Part shown: positions 25,255 to 40,401 of the stretch, piece after piece
Layout of the letters: each line of letters begins with the position of its first letter
Position numbering within the stretch: the stretch's first letter is position 1
Assembly: GCA_973851085.1 (NCBI GenBank)
Contig: OZ316775.1
Coordinates: 20,832,001 to 20,896,000 of the forward strand
Direction of reading: 5' to 3'
From: Ptychomitrium polyphyllum
Lineage: Eukaryota
Length of the DNA stretch: 64,000 nt
Notes under the pieces: model-generated
Told to the model about the DNA's origin: nothing
The model's input: the letters and a program-made list of their open reading frames with translations, nothing else
Database searches by the model: none
Made by a program: the position numbers and the translations under genes

Positions 25255-28200
25255 CCCTCTTTTTTCCTTTTTGGTACTACTTTGTTTCTGAAAGATTCAG
25301 AGCATGAGCTCCTTATTCAAATGCATCACGTTCACTAAGTTCGTTGTTTTGGTTGAACGTTCCGGAGAGGAATGACTCAGATACCAAGCAGGCAGACTGG
25401 AGAGAACGATTGATGTAAGTTTTGCCCTATTACCAGAACTCGAAGTACTCTGTGATTGTGATAGATTGGGAATGTAGACATTTCATTGTATCTTTGAGTT
25501 GACGATTTTTAGAGTGAAGTCAGTAGAGGAAGTGTTGGTGCAACAGCAAGCTACCACAGTTCAGATAGTTTCAGGGGGCGGTCTTCCTATGTATAGTATC
25601 AAAACATTGTGTAATGTAAGTCGTATATTTCCAAAAAAAACCTTTTTGGATAATGTATCGAATGAAGCCATTTTGTGAACACGTCTCTATCATTTTCAAG
25701 TGTAGTAACTTAATATGGTATTGCATCACTTACTCTCGGTCTGTCGTGATTGACGTTTGTTTTCCTGAACTTAACGAAGTCAAGCTTAGTGCTGCATATT
25801 TTCGATTGCAAGTAATCAGCTGAGCGTGTCTCGCTTGTTGATGCCATATATAAGCCTCTTAGAGGCTATGAATATTACAGTATGTGCATTAAAACAGTAT
25901 CTAACTAGCCACATCACAGGACACCTGAGGACATTCCCGGGAGGACATGCCTGGGAGGGTAAAGGGGCCTTTATCTTTGGATCGTAGTATGAGCACAGCA
26001 CAGACTCTTTATTTATTCCCTAGGAAACCAATAATAAATGATAGTGAAGATATGGGAATGAATGAAGGTATAAGTCTAGTTTTGTGATTTTGGACATTTC
26101 AAGGTTGTTTCTTATTAGTTTTTGGAGAAATAGTCTTCATTTTCTATGTACCTACAAAATTGTATTCTTGCCATGGTAAAACAAGAGAAATAAAAGCTAT
26201 TGCACAATTAAAAGTATGAAGTTATTAATTTAGATAAAATGTAATTTTTTTTTAAATGTATGTATTCATTGTCAAGTTATGGTAGTATAATCTCCATGTT
26301 GTTGCTTTTGGCCTTTGGAAACTTTGTACATTGCATTTTTGCTAGGAAATTCAAGGAAGGCTACCATGTGATTATACTTGGAGGTGTAACATTCTAAAAG
26401 TTGCATTCATGCAAAGTTGCAAAGTCTTCAATTGCTCATTTACATCTTGACATCATAGTCTAGAATATAATCATTGTGCAATGTGAGCTTTCATTAGACA
26501 CATTCTAGATTTAGTGGCTTATAATGTCCATCACTAGTATAGTATCTTCTTAGATTTTCTATTTGATTTTAACAATGATGGAGGCTCACATATGGTTGGT
26601 ACTTTTGAACATGTATCACTATGATTCATGGTTTTCCATTCCATCCAGTACTCACTATTACTCAAAGTTGCTCCTAGTATTTTACAATTTTACCACCAAA
26701 GATTGTATGATTGTGTTAAATCTCAATTCATTGCAAATCATCCCTAAAGAAGTAATTTCTTCAAAATTATTCTTCAATTTAGCTAGCTTGAATGTACAAA
26801 AAAATTATTAAAAAATTCAAAATTTAAAGGAGAATGCACAAAAATATATACCAATTAAGAGCAAGGTATTGATAACTGCATCCAAATTTGTGTTATTATA
26901 GCAATTTCATAAAGCATTAAATAATTTAAAAGTGTTAAGGCATAATAAAATCCAAAAAAAGAAGTGGATTTAAATGGCATGGAAGATGTGGAAAGATATG
27001 CACTTAATGAATCTCTTTGCTTTGATTAAATTTAGCTTGGTAGTGACTAGCAATAAAAAAATTCAATTCTAAAGGATGTTTGTGAATATAAAACATAATT
27101 GACTTCTTGTATCTTGCAAATGTAATCTATTTATTTTAATACATGCTTTATATGATTCTTGAATTATTGTTGAACTAATTCATCTTGCTTATGAAATTAT
27201 ATATTTTATTAAATGTTTTGTTGAACTATTTTTATGTTGAATGGTCATTTTGATAGGCCATGGGCACATTCCTTTAAATGATTTTAAAAGTTGCATTCTT
27301 AGATTTCTCACCAAAATATATTCAAATGAAAAGATTAATAATTAGCTCATTCAAATTTACAACTTTTCAAATGCAATCAAATATCTTTAATCTGTAATTG
27401 ATCTATAAAAGTAAATACAAAAACTTGATTATATTTATGGCTTAAATTTATTAGATTGAACTAATTATTCATATTCATACAATTGGTGGTTTAGATTATC
27501 AATCCAAAAAACATTCAAATTAAAATCAAATCAAAGATAAAGTCTTTTTTTATTCAAGAAAATAGATAAACACTTATTAAGAAGATTTAAGGTTTAAATT
27601 TCAAGTTTAATAACATATAATATAATATAACATAATATAATAAATTGCTTTATATGTTGTAAGTTTATCAAGCTCATTTTTAATCCAAATTGTTAATATT
27701 AAAATAAATTCAATAAACATATTGGATTAAGCAAAACAATATATTCAACCTTAGGTGCCAAATACAAAGGTGTATTTGGATGTCAAAAGCTCTCAAAACG
27801 TTGTGTTATAAGTAAGGTATGTCTTAGATGTTTTGATCGCTCATCTAAATGTAAATTGAAGATTTTGAATAATTTTAGATTCAAAGCTTTGAACCCAAAA
27901 GAACTTCAACTTTCATTTGTGACTTTTACTTTGGTTTTTTTGGATCATTGATTTAAGTCTGCATTAAAGTGGTATGCATTTAACCAAGTCAAGCTGATTG
28001 CTGCAAATTTTCAAATGCAAGTACTCACTTTAGCAGCTCTCTCTTGTTGATGCCATGAACTCTTCATCACACCCTCTATCTTGCATGTTCCTCCAGGATT
28101 TGCATAAAAAAACTTTTCGAATCTGCGATATTACTATATCACTTTGCATAAACTCACACTATCATCTAACGAGAACATACAGAGTGACCAGGAATATATT

Positions 28201-29141
28201 GTGAAGGATAGAATGGCAGAGTGCCAAGTGCAAAGAGTTAGATCCTTCAGGTTTCCTCTTAAGATTAATTCCTGAAACGTTCCGCAAAATGGCGAGATGG
28301 TGGTCATTATCAACCTCGCGCAAGTTTCTCCGTGAACAAGTCTGCGTTGCATCTTTAGAAGTGATCAATTACAGGGAAGTGTAGGAACAGTGGGAACTGT
28401 TAGGATCAGCTGTTTGCCTTAACTTCAGTGCCTTGCAAAGCGTGCTTCACACTTCCAAGCCATGCTCGTAATGCAAATTGTCTTCGCTTCAATGATTGAG
28501 AAACTCCTGCGCATCCCTTGTTCACTGTGCGAGTTTTTTTCTGAGTTCTACGTCCACCAGATTGTTATCTTACTATCGACCTGCAACCACTAATCCAGCA
28601 GGTATCTCTTGCCCAGTACGCCGGTCAGTGGGGCATTCCAGTTTGTACTCACAAAGCAAGGTCGACAACGAGAGAACAAGACTTGAAGAAATGAACCACC
28701 TGTCAACCATTTAGTTACGTGGTGCACCATCCTAGAACATAAAAGAGGGTGGCCGGATAATTCCAGGAAAGAGAGATTCTCTGAAAGGTCTGCACTTGTA
28801 AGATTATCATTTAACAGAATTGGTTCATCCGCTGTATTTCACAAGGCAGCAAACACTTGAGCTCATTGTTCTCCGAGCTCAACAGAAGGCAATCATAGGA
28901 CTGATAGTTTGTCCACCACTATACGACGTCGATTCTCACCTAAGCCTAAATTTTCGATGAATACTTTCTCTCTCTTTTGAGGAAAATTCTAACCGAACTT
29001 ACACCTCACAACAACACGTGGATCATACAAAAACGGTAGGGACGATGGATCATGACATTATTCGACTCCTCCGTATCCTTGGAGAAGCAATGTATACTTT
29101 ACCCAACCCTGGACTCAACTAAAAATGAACACCAAAAAGGA

Positions 29142-31052
29142 TTAGGCAGCGTATGGTGGGTCGATCATCGCCCATTCAAACACCTGCTCGTACTGAAGCG
29201 CAGACCGAGTCCATGACATATCCTTCTCCATGCCCCGCAACTGCATCCGAACCCACCCATCTTTGTCATTTCTGTATGCGAAGATAGCTCCCCACAATGC
29301 GCCAACCATGGCAGCCTTTGTCAGCGGTGAGAACGTCCATCCTGTTCCGCTTCCTTGGCCGTTGTTTGCATCTGGGTTGTAATTCTCGATCGTGTCCCGG
29401 AGGCCTCCAGTGGCATGCGCAACGGGGATAGTCCCATACCGCATGGCGTAGAGTTGGTTAAGCCCGCAAGGCTCGAATCTGGAAGGCATGATGAGAATAT
29501 CACAACCTGCAGTAATTCTGTGCGCGACAGGGACACTAAAGCCCACCCAGCCGCGGAATTTCTCCCTATATTGCGTCTCGGCCCATTTCATCCACTTCTC
29601 CATTTCGGTGTCGCCACTGCCGAGCATCACGAGCTGAATGTCGTCCGTCATGAGTTCAGAGAGGCCTTCTTGCAGGATGTCAGGTCCTTTCTGGTAATCC
29701 AAGCGGCCAATGAAGCCGATGAGAGGGACTTCAGGTCGGACTGGTAGCCCCAACTCGAGTTGCAATGCGGCTTTGCACTCGGCTTTCCCTGCCAAGTCTC
29801 CGGTGGTGTAAGTCGATGCCAAGTACCGGTCGGTGGATGGGCTCCAATCGTCGACGTCAACGCCGTTCGTGATGCCGTTGATGACAGCAGCTCGGCTGCC
29901 GAGAAGCTTGTCAAGTCCGCATCCGCCCTCCGGCGTGGTGATCTCCCACGCATAGCCCTGGCTCACGGTCAGGATGCGGTCAGCCGTGACGACCGCGCCC
30001 TTGAGATGGTTCACAGCTTCGCCCTTGTCCAGGGCGTGCAATCGAGCCCACTCGGGAAATACCCACTCTAACGCACCGTACCATTCCTGCGGGATTCCCA
30101 GATTGTTGTACGTTGTGGCTGGCTCCACTCCTTGATGAGCGAGGTTATGGATTGCTAAAATGCAACGGGAGTTCACGTATACGCCGTGGCGCCTGTACTT
30201 AGACGCGAGCAGGACTGGGACGAGGCCTGCGTGCCAGTCGTTGGCCACAAACACGCACTTCTCTCCGTATGTGTAACCGCCCAGCGCAAGGACCAAAGGA
30301 GCTTCACAAGCAGCATGGCAGAGAAGAGTGAACCTGAATTGGTTGTCGCCAAATGTGCCCCGAGTGTCCCCGTAAGGCGTTCCTTGCCGGTGGTAGGAAG
30401 GGTGGTCCACAAACACCCAGTCCACACCTGCACGAAACTCGTGGAAGAAGGCTATCTCGTGAGTAGCGTCAAAGCAGGCGACTGGAATTCGGCACTGGCA
30501 ATCGAAGGCGCCCTCGAACAAGGAATCCGTCACGCCATTCATGTAACGGGGGGAGACCACCATGACACGGTGGCCTCTCTGTGCGAGCGCAATGGGTAGA
30601 GAGCCGCAAACATCGCCCAGGCCTCCGGTCTTCGAGTACGGCGCTACCTCAGAGGAAACGAAGACGATGTTGAATAGGGTTTTGGCACGCTTGGTCTCGT
30701 CCGAATTCGCGAGATCCTGCAGCATCTGCTCCTGCATTTCGTTTCTTTCGCCAGGGTTGACCGAAAATGTGAGTGTGTTCTCAGCGGCAGAGGTTTGAGG
30801 CCACGCTCCGATGGACGAGTCCACCGCCCTGCACCGAATGCCATTGCGACTAGGGGTTAGGGCACCCTTCCAAGGAGAGACGCGCACCAGCGGCTTGATT
30901 GTCCACTTCTTCAAGGACGACGAGCGAAGTAGAGATGCAGTCACGCCATGAGTTCGCAATCCGGAACTCGAGTCCCCCTCAAGTCTCCTGTACAACACTG
31001 GCCTCAACACTACGCCCCTGCCGCAGCAGCTCATCAGCTGGACTACCGTCAT
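29142..31052 (-). CDS. SS1: Soluble starch synthase I, chloroplastic (GT5), single coding exon, 636 aa
   Basis: Transit-peptide-like N-terminus; IVFVSSEVAPYSKTGGLGDVCGSLP, ANDWHAGLVP, IHNLAHQG, FIGRLDYQKG, MPSRFEPCGLNQLYAMRYG, TGGLRDT; SS1-type C-terminus YEQVFEWAMIDPPY. Confidence 0.95.
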   Translation of the reverse strand: MTVVQLMSCCGRGVVLRPVLYRRLEGDSSSGLRTHGVTASLLRSSSLKKWTIKPLVRVSPWKGALTPSRNGIRCRAVDSSIGAWPQTSAAENTLTFSVNPGERNEMQEQMLQDLANSDETKRAKTLFNIVFVSSEVAPYSKTGGLGDVCGSLPIALAQRGHRVMVVSPRYMNGVTDSLFEGAFDCQCRIPVACFDATHEIAFFHEFRAGVDWVFVDHPSYHRQGTPYGDTRGTFGDNQFRFTLLCHAACEAPLVLALGGYTYGEKCVFVANDWHAGLVPVLLASKYRRHGVYVNSRCILAIHNLAHQGVEPATTYNNLGIPQEWYGALEWVFPEWARLHALDKGEAVNHLKGAVVTADRILTVSQGYAWEITTPEGGCGLDKLLGSRAAVINGITNGVDVDDWSPSTDRYLASTYTTGDLAGKAECKAALQLELGLPVRPEVPLIGFIGRLDYQKGPDILQEGLSELMTDDIQLVMLGSGDTEMEKWMKWAETQYREKFRGWVGFSVPVAHRITAGCDILIMPSRFEPCGLNQLYAMRYGTIPVAHATGGLRDTIENYNPDANNGQGSGTGWTFSPLTKAAMVGALWGAIFAYRNDKDGWVRMQLRGMEKDMSWTRSALQYEQVFEWAMIDPPYAA

Positions 31053-33827
31053 GGTCTCACAGCATCCGCCCTTCCCTCACCCCCTGCCCCCACGACCACA
31101 ACATCCCATGTCCTCTCTCAGCACCCCCGCATCATCACAGCCACATCCCCATCACCAAGCCCTAAAACTCTTCTCATACATCATCCATGTTTCCGCATCT
31201 CAGCCGCTGCGGAAGCGGCATGAACACAACGGGGTTCTACTCATATCCAAACCACCATAGAATACATTGCTATCTGCTCGGGTATGCCAACAGACAACCC
31301 TCGCATTGATACAACAGAAGCGACTTGCACAAAAGCTGACAAAACATGGAATCAGCTTCACATCGACATGACCAACTCTCAACTCTCACACCACACAAGA
31401 TGCAACACACGACACACATCCTGCTTTCAATTAGGTAAATTCCCCCCTGCAACTCCTCCAAGCCACATAGAGCCACCACTACACGTAGGCGCACGTAACA
31501 CACAATGCACGCACCGTTCCACATTCTCATAAAATTCCAGCAGCACTCCAAACGAATACAATGCCACCCCAACTTCTCAAAACGTCACCACTCCAATCAC
31601 CTCCCGCAATTCACTTCAAAAGACCGGTTTGCCTATTGACCAAGGAACCAGTATCCACACACAATTGACCACATTGACCTCGTAATTCCTCGCAAAACGC
31701 CCCTCTCACACGGTCCCTTACTCCCACACGAGCATATCCACAACCACCATCACGAACTCCCGGTCACCAATCATCAATGCTCTCTTGTCGACATCACACC
31801 CAAAAACTCACACTTTTCCCGTCATCAGAACCATGAAAATGATCAAAAACACAAGATCTAACTCAAACTCCCTCCGTCTCATCGTCAACCTCAACCCCAG
31901 TGCGCCCACATACACATACCAGAGCTAGTACCCCGAGAATCCCACGCTCCACCACGCCCTCGCCACCACCACCACAACCACCAAAGTTCCCACCTTCGAT
32001 GTCAAAGCACCGTCATTCCACCACCAAAACCGTGAATACCCCGGGGCCACATGTTTGTACTACACTACTGCAAGTCAGTCCTCCATCTTATCGTGACCAA
32101 GACCAAGTTGAATTGAGCAGCATGGGTTGCAGCAGAACGCTCACCTCCCCTTACCCAAGTGGAGACTGCAGCGCTCCAAGGGCTGTGGTATTTCCTGTCC
32201 AAGTTCTTGGTTTTGGGCTCAGTTTCTGTCTGCTCTGGAAACGCCAACATTCCCCTTCCGTCCTACCTACCGGGTGGGTGCCGAGATTCCTTGGCTCGGT
32301 AGGTACTGGCGGCGCCGGAGGAGGAGGGCGTGCCACGTGGTGAGCACGAGCGGGTGGTCCCGGGGTGGCAAGTCAGTTTGGTTGAATGTTGGAAATCTGG
32401 CAGACTGGGAAATTTCGTGTGAGGTGGACTGTGCCTCCTGACAAGAGTCCTGGACTGTCCATCGGCAGTAGGCACTGGTAGCCTATGGGAGGAAGGCTGA
32501 TACCATCTACCAACGGTGTACACTTAATTACTTGAAATCTAGGATTCGTGTGAATAATGTTGGATTTGGGTATAGTGACGGTTATAGATATGCATCCCTT
32601 GCTACCAAAAATCGAATAAAACAACAAGAGTTGTTTGTAATTCATTCCTTTTCTCAAACAAAGTTGATATGTGGGATCTTACTCCTTTTACACTTTGTTT
32701 ATGTTGATAATTGAAGCACATATTTCAACTTATATATCCATTTTATAAAGCAAATAGGTTGAGATTACAAATAATCTATTTATTCTTTTGAGCTAGTGAT
32801 AATATTGTTATTAGTTATTAAAATCATGTTTAAAAGATGTCATAGTGTATGATATAACTTGCATCATGAAAGATGAACACAAATTTAAGCTAATGAAGTC
32901 TTATTACATTTTATAATATTACAATAGACTAAAACAATGCAAGTGTAATACAAAAGTCTTGGTGGAACTTTGACATCCCTATTGATTCATCAATACAATA
33001 TTCTTTCTAAAAGATTCATTCAACTTATGGAAAATAAAAATGGAAGTGTATATTTATATATGCAAATATATGAAATACATACTAGGAATTATTGTTTTTT
33101 TTCAAAAATAAACTTTGTGTTGTACAAAGAAATTTCTTACATAATTTGGATTTAGATAAAACCAAATTTTTGCTAATTAAACTTGAGTTTGTTTTCTACA
33201 AAAATGAATGGAAAAAACTCTATTATAATCCAAAACTATTCCAAATTTTGAACATTGATTAAACAACAATGTCCAAAATTTGAGACAATTGTGCATTAAA
33301 GTGAAGTCATTCTATAATTTATTTTGAATTCATCTTCTTAATCTAGTGTTTCCAAAAACTTACAATTTTTATTTAAATTTTGGTTGATTTCAAATTCATT
33401 GAATAGGATTTATCAAAGAGGAGAAAAAAAGGGAAAAAGGCTCATATTTTGTATATGTTTTTGTACATGTATATTTATGTATAGTTATACAATGGTTCAC
33501 TACAATACATTAATTTAATTTATATATCCATACATATATTGTAATTAGAAAGCAACTCTTAATTCAATTTTGAATCAAAATTATGTTATTTAAATACATG
33601 ATTTTTATTTCTCAATTTCAATGGATTGGTTTGTTATTGTTATTCAAAAAAATATCAAAGCTCTGTAGTTTTTTACACACGCCTTAATATCATAAAAAGG
33701 ATTGAGATTTAAAAAGGTTGAAATGTATTTAACATTCTTCTATATTTACATATTTTTAATATTATTTTTTCCTCATGTAGAGCCGTTTTTTTTTGTCTTT
33801 TATAAAAACTAGCTTCACATTTCCAAC

Positions 33828-33881
33828 TAAGATTACAAAAATAAGTATTGCATTTAAGATTACAAAAATAAGTATTGCATT
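33828..33881. repeat. Perfect 27-bp tandem duplication
   Basis: taagattacaaaaataagtattgcatt x2. Confidence 0.9.
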
Positions 33882-35189
33882 TAGAATGTTATATGCAAGA
33901 AGCTATAGTCATCATCAAAAAAAATGAATAAGTATAGTTGCATGCAAGGGATGTGATATTATGGTATCATGATAAACATTATTACACTAGAACATTATTT
34001 CACTCCTTCAAAGTGTTAAATTTTTTGTTTAATAGATCATTTGGCTAAACAATCTACTGCATTAAAAATGCTGTGGCAAATGCTGTGGCAAATGCTATAC
34101 CATGATGTTGTTGCAAGAAAGAAATACGATTATAACGGACATCTCAAAAAAATTCATTTTTATGGAACGTTTACAAAGCTATCATTGAGTTTTTTAGTTC
34201 TACAAATATCTTGTTTCTTAAACCAAAAGAAATAAATTTGCATGTATTTTACCAATCGTGAGATTCACAAAATCAATTTTCCACTACAGTATTTAAATTA
34301 GCAAACTTTTCACACTCCACATCAAATTGCTTGTAGCCAGTAAAGGTAAAGTGCTGCACAGTTCTGTCACATTCCACAGACTGTATACTCCATGGTACAT
34401 GAACATTAATACCTGTTTGTGAAATGCAACATGAACGTGGAGACTTCAGTAGTACGCATGTATGCCGCTCACATTTATGAAATGAGCACACTGCTCAGCT
34501 TTACTGCCCAACTCTACCAATTTATGTTTCAGTACCCAATTACTGAATCAAGTAAACACAAGCCGCAATAGGTGTAGAATCAACCACGGGTAACTTATAT
34601 TCTTTAACAGCAATCATCCAGTTTCATAATGAGCAGCGCTCTAGGCTAGAATCAAGTACTCAGTGTCATGACAGTGCTCTAGAAGCAAATTAGTCACTAA
34701 TCTCATTTCGGACATGCAAGGCTTGATTAGAGAAAGCCTTAATTCAAATCACACAAACCTGTGATAAGTGTGAACCTACAAATGTTTTATTGCTACAACA
34801 GTGATGGTGAAGATCACCATTCTGAATGACATCCGTATTTACTTATTACCAGAAGCATTTGCTTGCCTAAAATCAGTTTAACAAAAAGAGATATGGAGTG
34901 TCAACGAATGTTCTCGTGCTAAACGCACAGAAACATGGAGGTGTGGAAGAGTGCCACAAGAGTAACAAGCAGTTGCTCTCTATACAGAGAAGATAATCCA
35001 GAAGCTACAGTATTAGAGACCCTGCTCCTGTCGATCAGCAGACTCCCACATTAGAAGCTGAAATGAGAAAAACAAATCTGAACTATTGTAATTTGAAAGT
35101 TTGCGAAGTCCCCTGTGAGATTATTGCAAATTGTTGACGGCTGAAACTAACTTTCAGGGGTTTATGAGGTAGAGACACACCTTATTTTT

Positions 35190-37382
<2,193 letters not shown>

Positions 37383-38177
37383 CGTACTCACTCCCAAACC
37401 TCCTGCAGAAAGCCAACGCAAAAGTAAGCAATCGCAACCGAGAAATCCCTACTCCTCTTCAGCGAAAGCAGGCGTTCCAACACCAAACGGATTAGATCCT
37501 AAACCCTGCCAACCTACTTGGATCCCACAATGCAGTAAAAGCGGAGAAAAGAGAGCAGGCCGTAATACACCCAACCCACCTGCACCGATGTTGTAAACTT
37601 GTAATCAAGCTGCAGATGCTGCCCAGATCGTGCCCGGCGAGACACAGATCTGAAAACTTCCACCTCAAACCGCAACCACAATGCAAGTCACGCACGATAT
37701 ATGGTAATGATTGATCTCCACCTTCACGATTCCTGTTGTATTTTTCCTGTTTTCACTGACAGCCCGAGAGTCTCACGAACTACGCAGCACTGTGGTCGCA
37801 ATGCATGCCCAGCTGTGAGGCTTTGGAACGAACAATCCGTCCAGCAGTACGAGATATGCCAACTTGCACAAAAGCCGATGCAGCGGTACAACGCGGGTGG
37901 TGTGCCCCAAAGATTTTCTTAACCTGGAGGACAACAAGGAAAGATGTCTACTCGTAGCCTGCGGCGGATCATTCCTACATGCACAATGTTGAACGCAGCG
38001 AGTGACAACTTGTGATCTTATGATTATCATTCCGGTGGTGGTGGCGATGGCGACGGCGACGACGATGGTGGAGATTTGGTGGACGTCCGGATCCAGGCCA
38101 CGAATTCTCGCACGCTCTGCCGCACGACCCCTGCCGACGACGACGACAATCGACGACGACGGATGACGATAGAGGAG

Positions 38178-38222
38178 GACGGAGCACGACGGAGCACGAC
38201 GGAGCACGACGGAGCACGACGG
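38178..38222. repeat. 10-bp tandem repeat (GACGGAGCAC) x4.5 in the UMK 5' region
   Basis: Seen directly. Confidence 0.9.
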
Positions 38223-39228
38223 TTTTCTCTTTAAAGACTTTGGAGAGTCGATACGCAGCATGATTCTCCGTGATTCCAATCTTATACGATGTGAGCAGGG
38301 TGGGCTGTTTACCATAGCCCATGATGTACGCTCATTGACACTTTTGGCTTACTTTTGGCTTACAAGCTAGTATGGTAGATGAAGAAGTTGAATCACAAGA
38401 AGATATAGTGGAAGATTTTTCTTTTAAGATTGGAATAATGTTATGTATTATAAATTTAGAAGGTGGACAAATGATAGTGATGATTTTTGGTAGTGAATGA
38501 ATGAAAGTACGAATTTACTCAAATCACATGAATAAGCTCCTTCAACCTTTAATGAAACAAGGTTTTTGACAATGAAATGATATCTTTGATGATGGAATGA
38601 TTCTTTTAAAAACATAATGCTTTAAAGAATTTGTAAAGAATGCTATGATGCTATACATGTTTAGTATCCATTCATTTTACTGCATTTTGACATTTCATTC
38701 TTTGATTCTAAAAGGCCCTATAATTTTTTTAATCTATGGACTTTTCTTTTTATACATAAAAAAGATTTTTTCTTTTTAATTTTAAAAGAACAAATATTTC
38801 CAATGAATATTCTAAAAGATAAGGTTGTAATTGCCAAAATTTTATTATAATGCTTGAAAGTTTTACTTCACAAAGGATTAAGAATAATATATCAATCAGG
38901 GACTTTCATAAGATTTCATTTATTAAAATGTATACAAGATGTTCTTATTCTATTATATACTTTCATCTATTGTTTTGAACTATAATTCACCAAATAGATT
39001 GTCAATATAGATGTCATTTGTAATTTTTTTTTTTAACTCCAATAATATTAAATTATATAAGAAATTTTTGATTAAAGGTTAGAATTCCAAAAACATACAA
39101 GTAGGCATTTTAATTATTAATCTTCAGACATTACTTCAATTTGATATTTCATTCAAATATTACTTAAATATCACTTCAAATTCAGTTTGTTGTTTTCTTT
39201 TTAAATTAATAAAAAAAAATGAAGTCAT

Positions 39229-40401
39229 TAGTTGGAATTAGGCCTAAATAAGGCCAACGGGCTCTATTTACATTGTAGTTAGCTCTTAAAGAATTTACTA
39301 TTCAACTCTAGTAGTTATTAGAAATTGACATCTATTAGAAATAAGGAGCTGGTTGAACTAAGAAAAAAAGGACAATTTCTCCAACTTAGATTGATTAGTA
39401 GTTATAAGTTAGATTGGAAACTATGTTAGATGAAGGTTAAGAAGTTTCTTACCAATAAAAGTGGGACATGGCCAAATGTAGAAAGATGAGAGATAACCTC
39501 CCAATAAGTATTGAATTAGGAATTAAAAATTAAATTAGGTAATAGTCAAGTATTAGTTAATTAAGGTTAAAAGGCCTTAAGATTGGAGTAGAAGTTTGGT
39601 AGAGCAAATTGATGCAACATTTTGGCATAACAATGCCAGTTCAAGAAGTTCAATAACTATTGGTATATATTGAAGGAAGGAAACCAGATAAAAAGAATTT
39701 CTTTTTTCTTTTTGATATTCTCATTCCTCTCCATTCTCTCATTGCTTGGCTTTTCTTCTTATTTGCTCCTCTCTTAATTGCATTTTCCAAATTTCTTCAT
39801 TGACAGAAGTAGTATAGAATTGTAAAAACAATTTCCAAGATCTTGAATTTGAAGTTGTTGATTTAAATTTTGCAAGTGTGGATCTAAGATTTAAGTGGCA
39901 ACAACCACTATTCCAGTAAGCCACAATCACACCTTGATCAATTCTTGAACTTGGCTTTAATCTTTCATTTCAATAGTGTCGTTGTAGGCTTTATTGTTAA
40001 TTTTTCAATGCCATTTAGAACACTCAATTTGGAATTGTAATAAATTAGTTATGGAATTTAGAATTTAGCCTTGTTATCAAAAGTTGGAATTGCTAAAATC
40101 CAATAAGCTGCAACTAAATGTTGATCAGTAGCTTAAATCTTCTTTATATTTTATTGAAATATTTTAATCTTATAGCTTTTGCTGTTAGCTTTCCAATGTC
40201 GTTTGAATCATGGCATTTGGATTTATAATGAATTAGTTATGAATTTTGAAAGTTTGACTACATTATGGGAAATTGGTGTGAATCATTTTCACATAAATGA
40301 TGGATTTCAGCTATTAAAGGATTAAAATAAAGAACTAGATTGGACTACAAACACAACTTGGATGATTGATAATTGAAATTAGAATTGTGTAAATTAATAC
40401 A
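39229..40401 (+). mobile_element. Possible old solo LTR or other repeat remnant, unclassified
   Basis: Compositionally distinct block with TATATA at ~39664 followed by a pyrimidine-rich tract, an internal diverged repeat (aattagttatg at ~40043 and ~40232) and a ...aca end. No clean TG...CA termini or TSD. Confidence 0.25.

Noticed and set aside
26250..26820. Decayed coding-like block, possibly a DNA transposase
   Set aside because: No motif could be assigned; too degenerate to call by eye.
31900..32343. Pro-rich 147-aa plus-strand ORF
   Set aside because: GTG start and low complexity; it is antisense to the probable SS1 leader region.
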